Of a stretch of 64,000 bases of DNA, positions 1 through 10,215 are shown piece after piece (the stretch's first letter is position 1; each line of letters starts with the position of its first letter). Source of the DNA: Methanomassiliicoccaceae archaeon (lineage in GTDB: Archaea; Thermoplasmatota; Thermoplasmata; Methanomassiliicoccales; Methanomassiliicoccaceae); the NCBI GenBank assembly GCA_040776945.1, contig JAXGZN010000001.1, forward strand, positions 288,001 to 352,000, in the 5' to 3' direction. Made by a program: the position numbers and the translations under genes. The notes under the pieces were generated by a model. That model saw nothing but the letters and a program-made list of their open reading frames with translations. It had not been told where the DNA came from and did no database searches.

Positions 1-652
1 TATGCCCTACTTGCCTGGCCACCTCTGGATCGTCCTCCATCATCCTGTTGGCCCTCTGATAGTACACTACCAGGCGATGGTCGGCTTTATCTCGATCGAC
101 CGGCGACAGCTTGTCAGCAGGGATGTTCTCCAGGCCCCAGGTCAGCAGCACGACCTGCTTGCCCACATCGTTCACGTAGTACTCGGTGGTGACATCGTAA
201 CCATATGCCCTCATGCATCTGGCCAATGTGTCCCCGATGATGGGGTTCCTGGCCCGTCCGACATGTATCGGGCCGGTAGGGTTCACGGAGGTATGCTCCA
301 GAAGGACCCTGGTCCCTGAAACCTTACCTCTTCCGTAATTGCTCTTCATGTCGAAGATGGCACCAAGCGTTGCCATGCTCAACTGTCGATCATCGACCTG
401 GAAGTTCAGGTATCCTCTCTCGGCCCATGACCGGGACACCAGGTCCATGGGAGGCAACTTGGCGGCCGCGTCCTCGGCGATGATGGGGGGCGCTTTCCTG
501 AGCACCTTGGCCAAGGGGAAGCAGGGCACAGCAAAGTCGGCTATGCCCGTCGATGGGACCTCGATGTCGAAGGGAACGTCCGTTCCCAGGCGTTCAAAGG
601 CGATCTTCACCGCATCACGGACCTGGTGCTCGAACTTCTCCAGAGGGTCCAT
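1..652 (-). CDS. argS: Arginyl-tRNA synthetase, N-terminal part (runs off window start)
   Basis: Not in the ORF track. Manual minus-strand translation from ATG at 652 gives MDPLEKFEHQV...ADFAVPCFPLAKVLRKAP...GYLNF...VLLEHTSVNPTGPIHVGRARNPIIGDTLAR...EYYVNDVGKQ (class I HIGH-like motif, ArgRS pattern). The ATG overlaps the aRF1 stop (TGATG). Confidence 0.93.
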   Translation of the reverse strand, partial: MDPLEKFEHQVRDAVKIAFERLGTDVPFDIEVPSTGIADFAVPCFPLAKVLRKAPPIIAEDAAAKLPPMDLVSRSWAERGYLNFQVDDRQLSMATLGAIFDMKSNYGRGKVSGTRVLLEHTSVNPTGPIHVGRARNPIIGDTLARCMRAYGYDVTTEYYVNDVGKQVVLLTWGLENIPADKLSPVDRDKADHRLVVYYQRANRMMEDDPEVARQVGH

Positions 653-1905
653 CAATGTCCACCCAACCCGTACCTGAGTATGGCCGCGATCCCACCGAAG
701 GCCTTCATCAGCATCTCCCCCTCCTCCGAGTCCACAGAGAGCAGTTCCACTTTGGTCCCTACCTTGGAGGCGTCCTCATAGAAACTGTCAACGAGATCGA
801 CAACGCTCTCCACCACGGGGTCGACCTGCGGACACTTCGGGCACCTGGCATCCTCTTCCCGGTCCACAGTGAGCCAACCGCTCCAACCGCACTTGGGGCA
901 GCTGATGGACGCTCGCTTCTTCCTTAGGCCCTCCGAGAGCAGGAGCGTATCCACAGCACCCATCTCCAGGGCATGGCGGACCTGTTCCTCTCCATAGCTG
1001 GCTAGACCGCCGTCGGATTTGCGTATCTCTTCCAGCAATCTTTGCATAAGGTCCTTTTCCCTCATGAGGTCAAGATCGATCAGCGAGTCCTTGGCCTTCT
1101 CCACCAGCTCCTTGAGCCCATACTCGTCCGTGTATCCGGTATCGAAGGTGTCGATGATCTTTTTCCTGAGCTCGTGATGGAGGTATTCCTCCTTTACGAA
1201 GAACTCCTTCGTGGGCCCTGGTCCGCCGATCAAGATCCCCTTCAGGTCGGTCTGGGCCAGGAAGGCCTCGTTGGCCACATCTGCGGTCTTCTTGTAGAAC
1301 TCATGGGCAGCGATCTCGATCAAACGCTCGAAACGCAGGGCCGATTGCCCTCCCCTTCCGTGCTTGGACGGGACAAGCGATTGTATGTTCTTGACCGTAA
1401 TGACCCGCTTCCCTTTCAGCAGGCCGATGGTGGACTCCGAGCGATCGATGACCAGAAGGCCATAGGTCTGCTTCTCGTCGAGCATGTCCCATAGCTTCTC
1501 CGTATAGAACTCAGAGTCGCACCTGTACAAGAACGAGGTTATTGGCTCCGGCGGCTCAAGCACATATTGTACTTGTTTGGTCTGGTCCCCGGAGGTGGGC
1601 GCCTCGCCAACGAAGAATATGACCCCGTTCTCCGGAGGGGTCTTGAAGTACTTCAGGCGTGCCAGGATCGACTCGATCGCTCCGGTCACCGCCTTGTTGG
1701 TCCTTTTGCTCTTGATGTTCTGTGATTGGGAGTACTCATTTCGCAGATAGTTCGCCACATCGGATATGAGCTTGTCCGGGGGAACGTAGACGGAGACCAG
1801 TTCGGTGCCGCGGCCGTGTATCTCCCTGATCTCTTCCAAGGCCCGCTTGAAGTCGTACCGGCGCTTCTCCATCAACCGTTCGTTGTCGCTCTCGTCAGGA
1901 GCCAT
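652..1905 (-). CDS. prf1: Peptide chain release factor aRF1
   Basis: NIKS motif, YRCDS, GRGGQS catalytic motif, CPKC..CPKC Zn ribbon in domain 3, C-terminal FGGIAAILRY. Confidence 0.97.
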   Translation of the reverse strand: MAPDESDNERLMEKRRYDFKRALEEIREIHGRGTELVSVYVPPDKLISDVANYLRNEYSQSQNIKSKRTNKAVTGAIESILARLKYFKTPPENGVIFFVGEAPTSGDQTKQVQYVLEPPEPITSFLYRCDSEFYTEKLWDMLDEKQTYGLLVIDRSESTIGLLKGKRVITVKNIQSLVPSKHGRGGQSALRFERLIEIAAHEFYKKTADVANEAFLAQTDLKGILIGGPGPTKEFFVKEEYLHHELRKKIIDTFDTGYTDEYGLKELVEKAKDSLIDLDLMREKDLMQRLLEEIRKSDGGLASYGEEQVRHALEMGAVDTLLLSEGLRKKRASISCPKCGWSGWLTVDREEDARCPKCPQVDPVVESVVDLVDSFYEDASKVGTKVELLSVDSEEGEMLMKAFGGIAAILRYGLGGH

Positions 1906-2153
1906 TGTTCTCTAACCACGCTTTTTCTACACCAAGGATGTTGTGATAATAAATCTATTGGTAAGCTTCCCTCCTGGTCTGGAGGCTGGAGATGTAGCGG
2001 ACCGTCAAGTGCATGATCTCCGGCAGTCGCGGCCGGCAATGACCATTATAGTCAGAGGTCCGCCGTCCCGCATTTTTTCCTCTCCGCATAAAAAGGCAGA
2101 GCTCAGCGCGGCCGGGGAAGAGCGGCGGCCTTGTCGATAGGCGGGGGGGGGCG

Positions 2154-2170
2154 ATGATATATATAAATGC
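2154..2170 (+). promoter_or_regulatory. Probable TATA box upstream of pyrH
   Basis: ATATATATAAAT AT-rich island in GC-rich context about 70 nt upstream of the pyrH ATG. Confidence 0.5.
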
Positions 2171-2238
2171 CTAGGAAGTATGCGGCCTCATATCCTCTTT
2201 CATGAGCGGCCAATTGCCGCGTCAGCAGGTGAAGTTCC

Positions 2239-2922
2239 ATGGAAAAGGTAGTTATCTCACTTGGCGGCTCCATCATCATCCCCGGCGATCGGGACGGAGA
2301 GTTCCTATGCCGCTTCGCCTCGATGCTTCGACCGTTGATCGATGACCTCGAGATCTATGTGGTCTGCGGAGGCGGAAGGACCGCTCGGTACTACATTAAC
2401 ACCGGCAGAGAGCTGGGAGGCAGCGAGGAACAACTGGATGAGATGGGCATCGAAGTGACCCGCTTGAACGCCCGGCTCCTCCAGATATCGCTGGGCGAAC
2501 TGGCCGGAGATACTGTGCCCCGCACTGTGGAGGAAACGGCCGCTGAGGGGCGAAGAGGGCGGGTGGCGATCATGGGTGGCACGACCCCTGGACATACCAC
2601 CGATGGCGTGTCCGCGGCCTTGGCCGAGATGGTAGGCGCGTCACGCATAGTGAACGCCACATCGGTGGACGGCGTCTACTCCGCGGACCCCAAGAAGTAC
2701 GAGGACAGCGTGAAGTTCGAGCGTCTGACCTTCGCTGAGCTGGATGCGATGATGGGCAAGAGCAAGCACGGCGCTGGTAACTCCAACGTGTTTGACCCGA
2801 TGGGGGCGGAGATAGTCAAACGATGCCGGATCCCTATTCTGGTAGTGCACGGCCGGGACATTGAGGATATGAGGAACGCCATCCTTGGCCTGAGGATCAA
2901 GGGAACTGTCATTGACGGGTGA
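2239..2922 (+). CDS. pyrH: Uridylate kinase (archaeal type)
   Basis: VISLGGS, VVCGGGRTARYYI, GGTTPGHTTD, NATSVDGVYSADPK. Confidence 0.95.
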   Translation: MEKVVISLGGSIIIPGDRDGEFLCRFASMLRPLIDDLEIYVVCGGGRTARYYINTGRELGGSEEQLDEMGIEVTRLNARLLQISLGELAGDTVPRTVEETAAEGRRGRVAIMGGTTPGHTTDGVSAALAEMVGASRIVNATSVDGVYSADPKKYEDSVKFERLTFAELDAMMGKSKHGAGNSNVFDPMGAEIVKRCRIPILVVHGRDIEDMRNAILGLRIKGTVIDG

Positions 2923-2984
2923 CCTTTGGGACAACCTTCATGTCCCTTCAGAGCATAGTGCGAAGGGACAGAAGGTGAGCTGGT

Positions 2985-3494
2985 ATGGCCAATAACAATA
3001 AGCAGTGCAAGCAGATCAAGAACCTGAAGGACGAGGTCAGCGCCGAAGATGCGGTGGACGAGATGGGTTGCCGCATGGGCAACTACATACCGCATACTCT
3101 AGCGCATATAAAGGACCACAATCCAGAACTGGCCGTCGTGATAAAGGAGCTGGACCGTGTACTGGTGCATGATGGCGCTCTAGACCGCAAGACCAAGAGG
3201 CTCATCGCCCTGGCCTGCGTGGCGACCCGCATGTGCGAAGATTGCATCTATCCGCAAGCGCGCGTGGCCGCCAACTACGGTGCCACTAAGGAGGAGCTGG
3301 TAGAGGCGATGCATGTGGCTGTCGTCACCGGCGGCGTGCCTGTATGGTCGGTGGCCAAGCGCGGCCTGAGCCAGGTGTTCGCTGAGATGGATGAGGATAA
3401 GGCCTCCGGAAGGACCGCTCCCCGTCCCGTAATGGGCTCATGCGCCGGACCCATGTCCTCCGGTGCCGCCAGCAAGAAGAAGGGGAAGAAGTGA
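2985..3494 (+). CDS. Carboxymuconolactone decarboxylase/AhpD-like protein
   Basis: GALDRKTKRLIALAC...CEDC...GATKEELVEAMHVAVVTGG. Confidence 0.8.
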   Translation: MANNNKQCKQIKNLKDEVSAEDAVDEMGCRMGNYIPHTLAHIKDHNPELAVVIKELDRVLVHDGALDRKTKRLIALACVATRMCEDCIYPQARVAANYGATKEELVEAMHVAVVTGGVPVWSVAKRGLSQVFAEMDEDKASGRTAPRPVMGSCAGPMSSGAASKKKGKK

Positions 3495-3519
3495 CCCTCT
3501 GGGCGGAGTAGAGGGAACC

Positions 3520-4350
3520 CTATATGCTATCGAGGTCCGAGCTGTCCACGGCATCGTAGCCAAGGTCAACCACGATCTTGGCCACTGCAGTGGCCTCGGA
3601 CCTTTTCATTGATTTTCGGTGGATATACACCAAACGCGCGCCGCTGCTCTCTGCGCCCATGCGTATCTTCTCCCTCAAGGACTCCAGGTCTCCAGGATCG
3701 AAAGCATAGTTGGGGAGCATGTGGCCGAAGGATATTTTCTTGCCCAGCGATGTCTCGGTGAACCTCGGCGCATAGTGGCCGCCCCCGATCCCCATGGCGA
3801 TCGGGTAGGCTTCAACTTCGACCTCCTGCAAGGTACGGGCGATGGTCCGAGCAGCATCCAGGTCCCCCCAGGTCCCCTCGCTGCTCCCAATCTCGATGAA
3901 CAGAGCAGGCGTGGTCAGGTAGGGGCCGTGATGTGTGACCTCGAAGGCCACCTCGAAGGGCATTTCCGACGCTTCCTCTTTGAGCTTCCGCAGCAGAGAG
4001 GTCATGAGGTGCGGTGCGGCCGGGACGAGGGTTCCCGGCCGTCCGCCGTATTCAGCATCCCCCCAGTTCCCTATGGGGTGAACGGTCAATGACCTCTTTC
4101 CCGAAGCGGCCTTGTGGCGGGACAGGAACACGACCTCTCCGGGCCTCGCCTTAAGGGCTTCAGAGGCGGCCAGGTCAATGTCGTCATAGTAAAGATGGAG
4201 GCGAGGAATGGTGATCATCACCATATCGCCCTTGCGGTGGACGGGGGCGTCGTTCATCTCTCCGTCCTGTGACCAGCCTCCAGACGCAAGCATCGCGTCC
4301 CTTATGTTCACGCTGGCGTTGTCCTCAGTGCTGCACACCAACAGGCGCAT
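3520..4350 (-). CDS. dtdA: D-aminoacyl-tRNA deacylase (archaeal DTD2)
   Basis: FLSRH, LTVHPIGN, EVTHHGP, FIEIGS, GIGGGHYAPRFT. Start refined to ATG 4350. Confidence 0.92.
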   Translation of the reverse strand: MRLLVCSTEDNASVNIRDAMLASGGWSQDGEMNDAPVHRKGDMVMITIPRLHLYYDDIDLAASEALKARPGEVVFLSRHKAASGKRSLTVHPIGNWGDAEYGGRPGTLVPAAPHLMTSLLRKLKEEASEMPFEVAFEVTHHGPYLTTPALFIEIGSSEGTWGDLDAARTIARTLQEVEVEAYPIAMGIGGGHYAPRFTETSLGKKISFGHMLPNYAFDPGDLESLREKIRMGAESSGARLVYIHRKSMKRSEATAVAKIVVDLGYDAVDSSDLDSI

Positions 4351-4471
4351 ATGACCGCTGGCCGGTAGGGCGGTCAAGTAGATTATCTTTCCCGCTATTG
4401 AGAAGGATAAAACTTAATCTAACATCATCATTGGGCGCTCCGCCGCAGACCTAGCTCAACATTAAGCGGCG

Positions 4472-5902
4472 ATGATCACATATCAGGAAGCGATTACCAT
4501 GCCAGGCTCGAACGACAGGTCGGAGACCAACGCACAGAAGGAGCTTCGCACCCTCCGCGATTATGTTCACCTTTTAGCCGACGCCATTGACAAGTCCCCC
4601 ATGCCCTTTGTGGCCATATACCCTGACGGGCGGACGATGGCCTTCAACGAGGCGTACGTCAGGCTCACTGGCTATAGTGAGGAGGAGCTCAGGAGCATGC
4701 AATGGGTCATGTACCTCACTCCCCCAGAATGGCACGAGCGAGAGGCCCAGGCCATGGAAGAGCTAAGGCGGACCGGACAACCACAGTCCTACGACAAGGA
4801 ACAGATGAGCAAGGATGGCTCACGGACCCCAGTGCGGACGATACTCGGACAGACCACTGACAAGGACGGCAAGGTGCTGTATTATTATGCGCTCATAACC
4901 GACCGATCGGACAAGCAGAGGGCCGATAGGTTGGAGAAGGATCTTCAGGAGGCCAAAGAGGGTGGGAGCGGGCTTATGGATGCCGTGTTCGAGGGCGTTG
5001 CCATCGTCCAAGGGGGAAAGGTGGTCGCTGCCAATGACCGGTATGCCGAGATCGTCGGCTATTCAACGTCTGAGATCATTGGGATGGACGAGGACCAACT
5101 GGTCACGCCGGGCCTGCGGGGCCTGGTGTCGCCGAAGATCACCGGCCCGTCCGGGATTTCCGAGGCCATGATGAAGAGGAAGGATGGCTCCACCGCATCG
5201 GTAGACATGAGCGTCCAAGACACTCAGTTCAAGGGTGCCCCGGCCAAGACGGTACGGGTTCTGGACGCCTCGGACAGAGCCAAGTTCCAAGAGGACCGTG
5301 AGCAGCTGCTGAAACAACTGGCGGGGGTAAGCGAGGAACTGACCGGCCTTAGGCAGGTCTCGGCGATATCGGTCAACGTGGCCCAGCCGGAGCTGGCCAT
5401 GGAGACGCTGCTGAGGAACCTGGTAACCGTGGTCCGCGCCGACTCGGGGATGGTTCTGGTGCGTGAGGGAGATAGGATCACGTCCCGCATCGCCCATGGC
5501 TTAGGTGACAGGTTGCCTGCGGGATACTTTGAGGAGATCGACAGCAGCTTCACCGGCCGCGTGGTGAGCGAGAGCCGGGCCATCTTCGTGGAGGACGCCC
5601 AGACCGATCCCGCCATCTCCGAGCCCGTCAAAGCGGCCGGATGGCGGAGCTTAATGGCCGTTCCCATTAGGCACAGCGCGAACATCATCGGAGTGCTACA
5701 GGTCGGCTGGTCCTCGGCCCATGCCCAGAACGACAGAGAGATGAGGCTCATGGAGATCGCTGCCGATCGCTGCGCCTCGGCCATAATGGTCACCAGGGTC
5801 TCAGAGACCTCGAGGGCAAGTGAGGACATCGGCTCGATGCTCAGCGAGATCAACAGCCAGCTGAGCTCCAGCTTGAAGTTTGGCATGCAGAACGGCAGGT
5901 GA
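4472..5902 (+). CDS. PAS-PAS-GAF sensory protein without an output domain (possibly C-terminally truncated)
   Basis: Two PAS repeats (NEAYVRLTGYSEEEL...KDGSRTPV; NDRYAEIVGYSTSEIIG...RKDGSTASV) and a GAF (FVEDAQTDP...SLMAVPI...IIGVLQVG). Ends just after LSEINSQLSSSL. Confidence 0.85.
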   Translation: MITYQEAITMPGSNDRSETNAQKELRTLRDYVHLLADAIDKSPMPFVAIYPDGRTMAFNEAYVRLTGYSEEELRSMQWVMYLTPPEWHEREAQAMEELRRTGQPQSYDKEQMSKDGSRTPVRTILGQTTDKDGKVLYYYALITDRSDKQRADRLEKDLQEAKEGGSGLMDAVFEGVAIVQGGKVVAANDRYAEIVGYSTSEIIGMDEDQLVTPGLRGLVSPKITGPSGISEAMMKRKDGSTASVDMSVQDTQFKGAPAKTVRVLDASDRAKFQEDREQLLKQLAGVSEELTGLRQVSAISVNVAQPELAMETLLRNLVTVVRADSGMVLVREGDRITSRIAHGLGDRLPAGYFEEIDSSFTGRVVSESRAIFVEDAQTDPAISEPVKAAGWRSLMAVPIRHSANIIGVLQVGWSSAHAQNDREMRLMEIAADRCASAIMVTRVSETSRASEDIGSMLSEINSQLSSSLKFGMQNGR

Positions 5903-5945
5903 GCCTACCGTTCCCGTGAAACCATTTCCTCTCTGTTTTTTTATC
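5890..5945 (+). terminator. Hairpin plus T-tract overlapping the PAS/GAF stop codon
   Basis: GAACGGCAGG-TGAG-CCTACCGTTC stem with one mismatch, followed by a pyrimidine/T run. Confidence 0.4.
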
Positions 5946-5979
5946 TTCGCTGCATGCATGGCGTGGTAGCACGGTGAGG

Positions 5980-6330
5980 ATGAGCGAGGAAGTCGTGGAG
6001 CTCGTTCGGCCGTATAGGGCTGCTATTCATACCACGGTGTTCCCGGAGAGCATGCCTAATGTCTCACCAAAGGGCGGCCTGACCGTCCTGGACCGCAAAC
6101 GGTTGGTTTTGCCGGCCCTATAGAGGGCCACACGTCGAGGTCCGGCCGGTGGTGACCGTGCCGGCCCCGGACCAAGGTCAGAGATGTTATCGGACCAGAG
6201 GCCGAAGGCGAGGGGCGTTGACGGTTACACTTATGCCCACATGTGCGAGGTGGCGCCTGCTTAAGGTCCCTTTTCCGCCGCTGTCCGAGGTCATGGCGGT
6301 CGAGGCCATTTAGGTGATGTCCTTAGATCG
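5980..6330 (+). pseudogene. Decayed pyridoxamine 5'-phosphate oxidase-like FMN-binding gene
   Basis: ATG 5980 gives MSEEVVELV...TTVFPESMPNVSPKGGLTVLDRKRLVL then TAG. PNVSPKG is typical of this family, and downstream similarity appears to shift frame. End coordinate approximate. Confidence 0.5.
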
Positions 6331-6417
6331 ATCGACCAAGCGGTCGAATTGATTATCAATAATGGAATATACAATTAATTACATAAATTATATACGGAGG
6401 TCGCCGGATGCGCCCGC

Positions 6418-7698
6418 ATGACCGGCACCTTGACAGTCGGCGAGAGGATCATACTTCACCTGGCCCAGTACTCTAAGCACATCGACAGCTACGACGCCCC
6501 CATGGATGTCAGCCAGGACGGCATCGCCGCCGCTCTGAGGATCTCGAGGGCCCACGCTGCCATAGAGCTTAAGAAGCTCAAGGACGGCGGAGAGGTCCTG
6601 GAGAAGTTGGTCCATATCAAGAGAGGCAAGACCAAGCGAAAGGTCTACTTCCTGATGCCTCTGGGAGAGGAGCGGGCTGCGCAGATAAGGAAGTTCGCGG
6701 AGAGCGAAGGGATTGACATAGAGCCGTTCCTGGACATCAAGAAGTGCAAGGGACCAGAGCTTTGGTCGGCGTTGGATGACCAGAACAAGTCTGTTCTGGC
6801 CCAGGCCTGTGTGTTCAGGAGACCATTTCCCCGCGATGTTCTTCCCGGGACATCGATCTCCCTTCTCCCGGTAAATGCCGACGGCATGGTCGACATGCCG
6901 TCAGATCTCCGGACCTATATCCCCTCACAGGTCGATCCCGAGCTGCTGAGGCAGTACCACTCTCAGGCTGCCGACCATTGGCTTTCCGTGGGAGAGTATC
7001 GTGAGAGGCTGCACCACTTGCTAAAGGCGGGGCGCTTGTGGGAAGCGGAGGCCATGGTCGCGTCCCGGGGCATAGCGTCCTTAGGCACGGCGGACCGTGA
7101 GCTCCTGGAGATGTTGATGTCTCTGGACAATGCAACAGAACGCTATCGAGGCCGCCTGGTCCATGCCCAAGCCGAGGTGGCCAGGAGGGCCGGTGACCTG
7201 GACCTGGCGATAAGGAAGGCCGTTGAGCTGAGATCGTCGGCCGACCCTGCCGACAGGCTGAACGGCCTGATCGTCGAGGCCTTGGTGCGAAGGGGCAGGG
7301 GCGATGCCGACGGCTCGCTATCACTGTTGCTAGCGGCTAGCGAGAACACACGGGGCGAGGACGTAAGGATCGAGTGCGAGATCGCCGAATCCCTCATCCA
7401 GTCCGGACGATATCAGGAGGCGAGGGGGACGCTGGACCGCATAATAGCTCTTGGCAAGGCGGACGGCGATCAGCTCGAGAGGATATTCTTTCTGCTTGGG
7501 ACGGTATCACTTCGCACGGGGGACGGTGCCAGCGCGGTCCGCTTCTTTAGCAAGTGCAGGGGAACTGCAAGGAACAAGGAGGACTGCGAGCTTTATCTGC
7601 GACTCTCGGATGCCTATGGCCTCATGGGATTGACGGATAAGGCCGATGAGTACGCAGTTCGGGCCAAGAAGGTCCAGATGCCTCGAGTAACGATGTAA
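6418..7698 (+). CDS. N-terminal winged-helix plus TPR-like helical repeat protein (putative regulator)
   Basis: SQDGIAAALRISRAHAAIELKKL...KRKVYFL wHTH. C-terminal TPR-like helices (GRYQEARGTL, FFLLGTVSLRTGDGASAVRFF, LSDAYGLMGLTDKADEY). Confidence 0.75.
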   Translation: MTGTLTVGERIILHLAQYSKHIDSYDAPMDVSQDGIAAALRISRAHAAIELKKLKDGGEVLEKLVHIKRGKTKRKVYFLMPLGEERAAQIRKFAESEGIDIEPFLDIKKCKGPELWSALDDQNKSVLAQACVFRRPFPRDVLPGTSISLLPVNADGMVDMPSDLRTYIPSQVDPELLRQYHSQAADHWLSVGEYRERLHHLLKAGRLWEAEAMVASRGIASLGTADRELLEMLMSLDNATERYRGRLVHAQAEVARRAGDLDLAIRKAVELRSSADPADRLNGLIVEALVRRGRGDADGSLSLLLAASENTRGEDVRIECEIAESLIQSGRYQEARGTLDRIIALGKADGDQLERIFFLLGTVSLRTGDGASAVRFFSKCRGTARNKEDCELYLRLSDAYGLMGLTDKADEYAVRAKKVQMPRVTM

Positions 7699-8281
7699 CG
7701 GCTGAGTGGTGTCCGGACGTCGGGTTCGCGCTTGATGGGCCATGGTTGGGAGCGTTCCACGCCCCATCGCTGATGGCCGATGGACGAATTATCTTCATGG
7801 TCCACATTGTACGAGGTTACAGGGCCATCCTACGGTCCCGTCGATATCTGCCGGTAGAGCATCGATTCCGCTCTGAGGATCTCGATGGTCCACGGCCTTG
7901 GGCTGAAGGTGCTTGAAGGTACCAAGGGCACAGCGGAGAGGCTTTTCCGCAACGAGGACCGAGGTTCCGGGTGCAATGCCATATCGGCGAATCGCTCATC
8001 CGCAAGGGCGACCTTCATTGTGTTAGAGATATCCAGAAGCACCTGCTCCGCCGAGGGTTCGTATATAGGAAGGAGATGCCGCCATCCGCTGTTCGCTGGG
8101 CCGAATCGCTCTCGTGGGCAGGAGGGCGATCAGGGGTTTGACGTCTTTATCTCGAGCTATCGAGCTGCGAGCAGCGAACGGCAAGGTCTCTGCATCGACG
8201 CGCTCGGCACGCACCGCATAAACGTCGACCGAATCGTCGACCGGCTGAACTTCATGGAATATGCGCTTAAGGCAAGCATCT

Positions 8282-9802
8282 TCAAATCAACGGAGAGGTC
8301 CTTAGCATGTCCACGTCGCTGATGTATAGGTCCCTGAGGTCCTTCAGATCGAACCTCAGCATTGCCAGGCGCTCGAAGCCGAGGCCCCATGCCAGCACCG
8401 GGTGCTTTATGCCGAACGGAGCGGTGACCTCGGGTCGGAATATGCCTGAACCGCCGAGCTCCATCCATGAGCCCTTGAACCGGACCTCTATCTCCATGGA
8501 CGGTTCGGTGTACGGGAAATATCCTGGACGGAACCGTATGTCCTTGAAGCCCATGCGGGAATAGAACTCCCGGATGATGCCGCAAAGCATGTCGAAGGAG
8601 GCCCCCTCCTCCATTATGATCCCTTCTATCTGAGTGAACTCAGGCAGGTGGGTCGCGTCGATGGCTTCCTTGCGGAAGACCTTGCTAAGAGAGAACACCT
8701 TCACCGGAGGCTCGGGGTTCTTCCACAGGTGACGGATCGAGTTGACGGTAGTGTGCGTTCGGAGCAGGGCCCGTTCCGATTCCTCTCGGCACCAGTTGTA
8801 CCTCCATCCCATGGAACCAGTCCCTCCGCCGCACTCGTGCATGGAGCAGACCTTTCCCACGATGTCCTCGTCCTCAAGGTCTATTCGCGCCGGCCGCTTT
8901 AAATAGAAGGTGTCCTGCAGCTCCCTGGCAGGATGGTCCTGAGGGGTGAACAGTGCATCCATGTTCCAGAAGGCCGGCTGGACGTATTCCTCGTCGATCT
9001 CCTGGAACCCCATGTCCACGAAGATCCTGCGCACCTCGTCGGCGACCCGGGTCAAGGGATGCTTCTTTCCAGGATAAATTGCCGGAGCGAAGCTGCGGAC
9101 GTCATATTTTCGGATGGTGACGTCCTTCCACTTACCGCTCTGGATAAGCTCCGGGGTTAGCTGGGCAAGCTCCTCTCGGACCTCGATCCCCTGTTCCAGC
9201 ATCTCCCTGCCAAGTTCGGTCAGCTCGAGCGTGCGGGTCACTACAAGCTTCTCTACCACAAGGTCCTGCCGGGACTTCAATGCGGTTATTGTCTTCTTGT
9301 CGAGATCGTCCTCGGATATGTCTCCCTTGCTGAGCGCATCGAGGGTCGCCTCGTCCTCCATCTTCCTGTCGAGCATTTCCTGCCCAGTATTGGTGATGGT
9401 GATCGTGGTGCTCCCGCCCTCCTTGCGGATGGTAGCGAGGTCCTTTTTCCTCAGCCACCCCAGCGCGATGGACGCCTCTTCCTTGGTCACCGTCGAGTAG
9501 AGGTCCTTCATGTCCATCTCCCCACCCTTCGCCTCGAGCAGTCTGAGGGCCCGGCGCTCCGGCAACCCTTTCTCTAGGGCCTCTGTGGACCTGAGGGAGT
9601 AGACTTTCCTTGCCACCTCGTAGATCTGCAGCGCACCCTTGGATTGCAGCCAGGACGCTGCGTTCATGACCTCCACCAGCTGGCTGAAACCTCCGGCCTC
9701 GAATACATCCTCCGGTGCAGCACAGCCGTTGAGTCGGTGCAATGCCAGCATCAGGCGGGCTTCGTTGGGGGATAGTCCCTCGATTATCTCCGAGGCGCTC
9801 AT
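8282..9802 (-). CDS. pheS: Phenylalanyl-tRNA synthetase alpha subunit (long archaeal type)
   Basis: GKKHP, FWNMDALFTPQDHPARELQDTFY, LLRTHTT, DATHLPEFTQIEG, YFPYTEPS, GSGIFRPE, AWGLGFERLAM. Confidence 0.97.
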   Translation of the reverse strand: MSASEIIEGLSPNEARLMLALHRLNGCAAPEDVFEAGGFSQLVEVMNAASWLQSKGALQIYEVARKVYSLRSTEALEKGLPERRALRLLEAKGGEMDMKDLYSTVTKEEASIALGWLRKKDLATIRKEGGSTTITITNTGQEMLDRKMEDEATLDALSKGDISEDDLDKKTITALKSRQDLVVEKLVVTRTLELTELGREMLEQGIEVREELAQLTPELIQSGKWKDVTIRKYDVRSFAPAIYPGKKHPLTRVADEVRRIFVDMGFQEIDEEYVQPAFWNMDALFTPQDHPARELQDTFYLKRPARIDLEDEDIVGKVCSMHECGGGTGSMGWRYNWCREESERALLRTHTTVNSIRHLWKNPEPPVKVFSLSKVFRKEAIDATHLPEFTQIEGIIMEEGASFDMLCGIIREFYSRMGFKDIRFRPGYFPYTEPSMEIEVRFKGSWMELGGSGIFRPEVTAPFGIKHPVLAWGLGFERLAMLRFDLKDLRDLYISDVDMLRTSPLI

Positions 9803-9828
9803 GGGGACCGGGAGAATCTCTGGCCTTA

Positions 9829-10215
9829 TTAGAATTTCCCTGCCGTATGGAGGATGTCCCTCCGATGGTCGGGCTTAATATCCACCACCGGCGTCCCTTC
9901 CCAAGCGTCCAGGCCTTCCACGGTCAGCACGTTCCCTTCCAACTGAAGGAGCCTGACCACCGTCGCGCCGATGGGGTTAGGCCGCCTCGGGCTCCGCGTC
10001 GCGAACACCCCCGCGAGCGGGTTCCTAGGGTCCCCTTTTGGGTGGACCTTGAGATCATATCCCTCGCTGCGGTCGAAAATGAAGAGGATGAGCACTTTCT
10101 CGTTCTCCTCAAGTCGGAAGAGCCCTTCCGCCAGCTCGGGTCTGATCTCGATCTCGCTGACATCGCCCCTGACGGAGCGGACCACGCCGATCGGCCTAAG
10201 CTCCATCACAATCAC
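9829..10215 (-). CDS. trmO: tRNA (t6A37) N6-methyltransferase TrmO/TsaA family
   Basis: LRPIGVVRS, GVFATRSPRRPNPIG, GLDAWEGTPVVDIKP. Confidence 0.88.
   Translation of the reverse strand: MIVMELRPIGVVRSVRGDVSEIEIRPELAEGLFRLEENEKVLILFIFDRSEGYDLKVHPKGDPRNPLAGVFATRSPRRPNPIGATVVRLLQLEGNVLTVEGLDAWEGTPVVDIKPDHRRDILHTAGKF

Noticed and set aside
1943-2153. GC-rich intergenic stretch with a G-run as a possible ncRNA (SRP/RNase P)
   Set aside because: No SRP helix 8 or RNase P conserved motifs were recognised. An Infernal/Rfam scan would settle it.
7700-8281. Short minus-strand ORFs (KDVKPLIALL..., MLLDISN...) as a HEAT-repeat pseudogene
   Set aside because: The similarity is too weak to support by eye.
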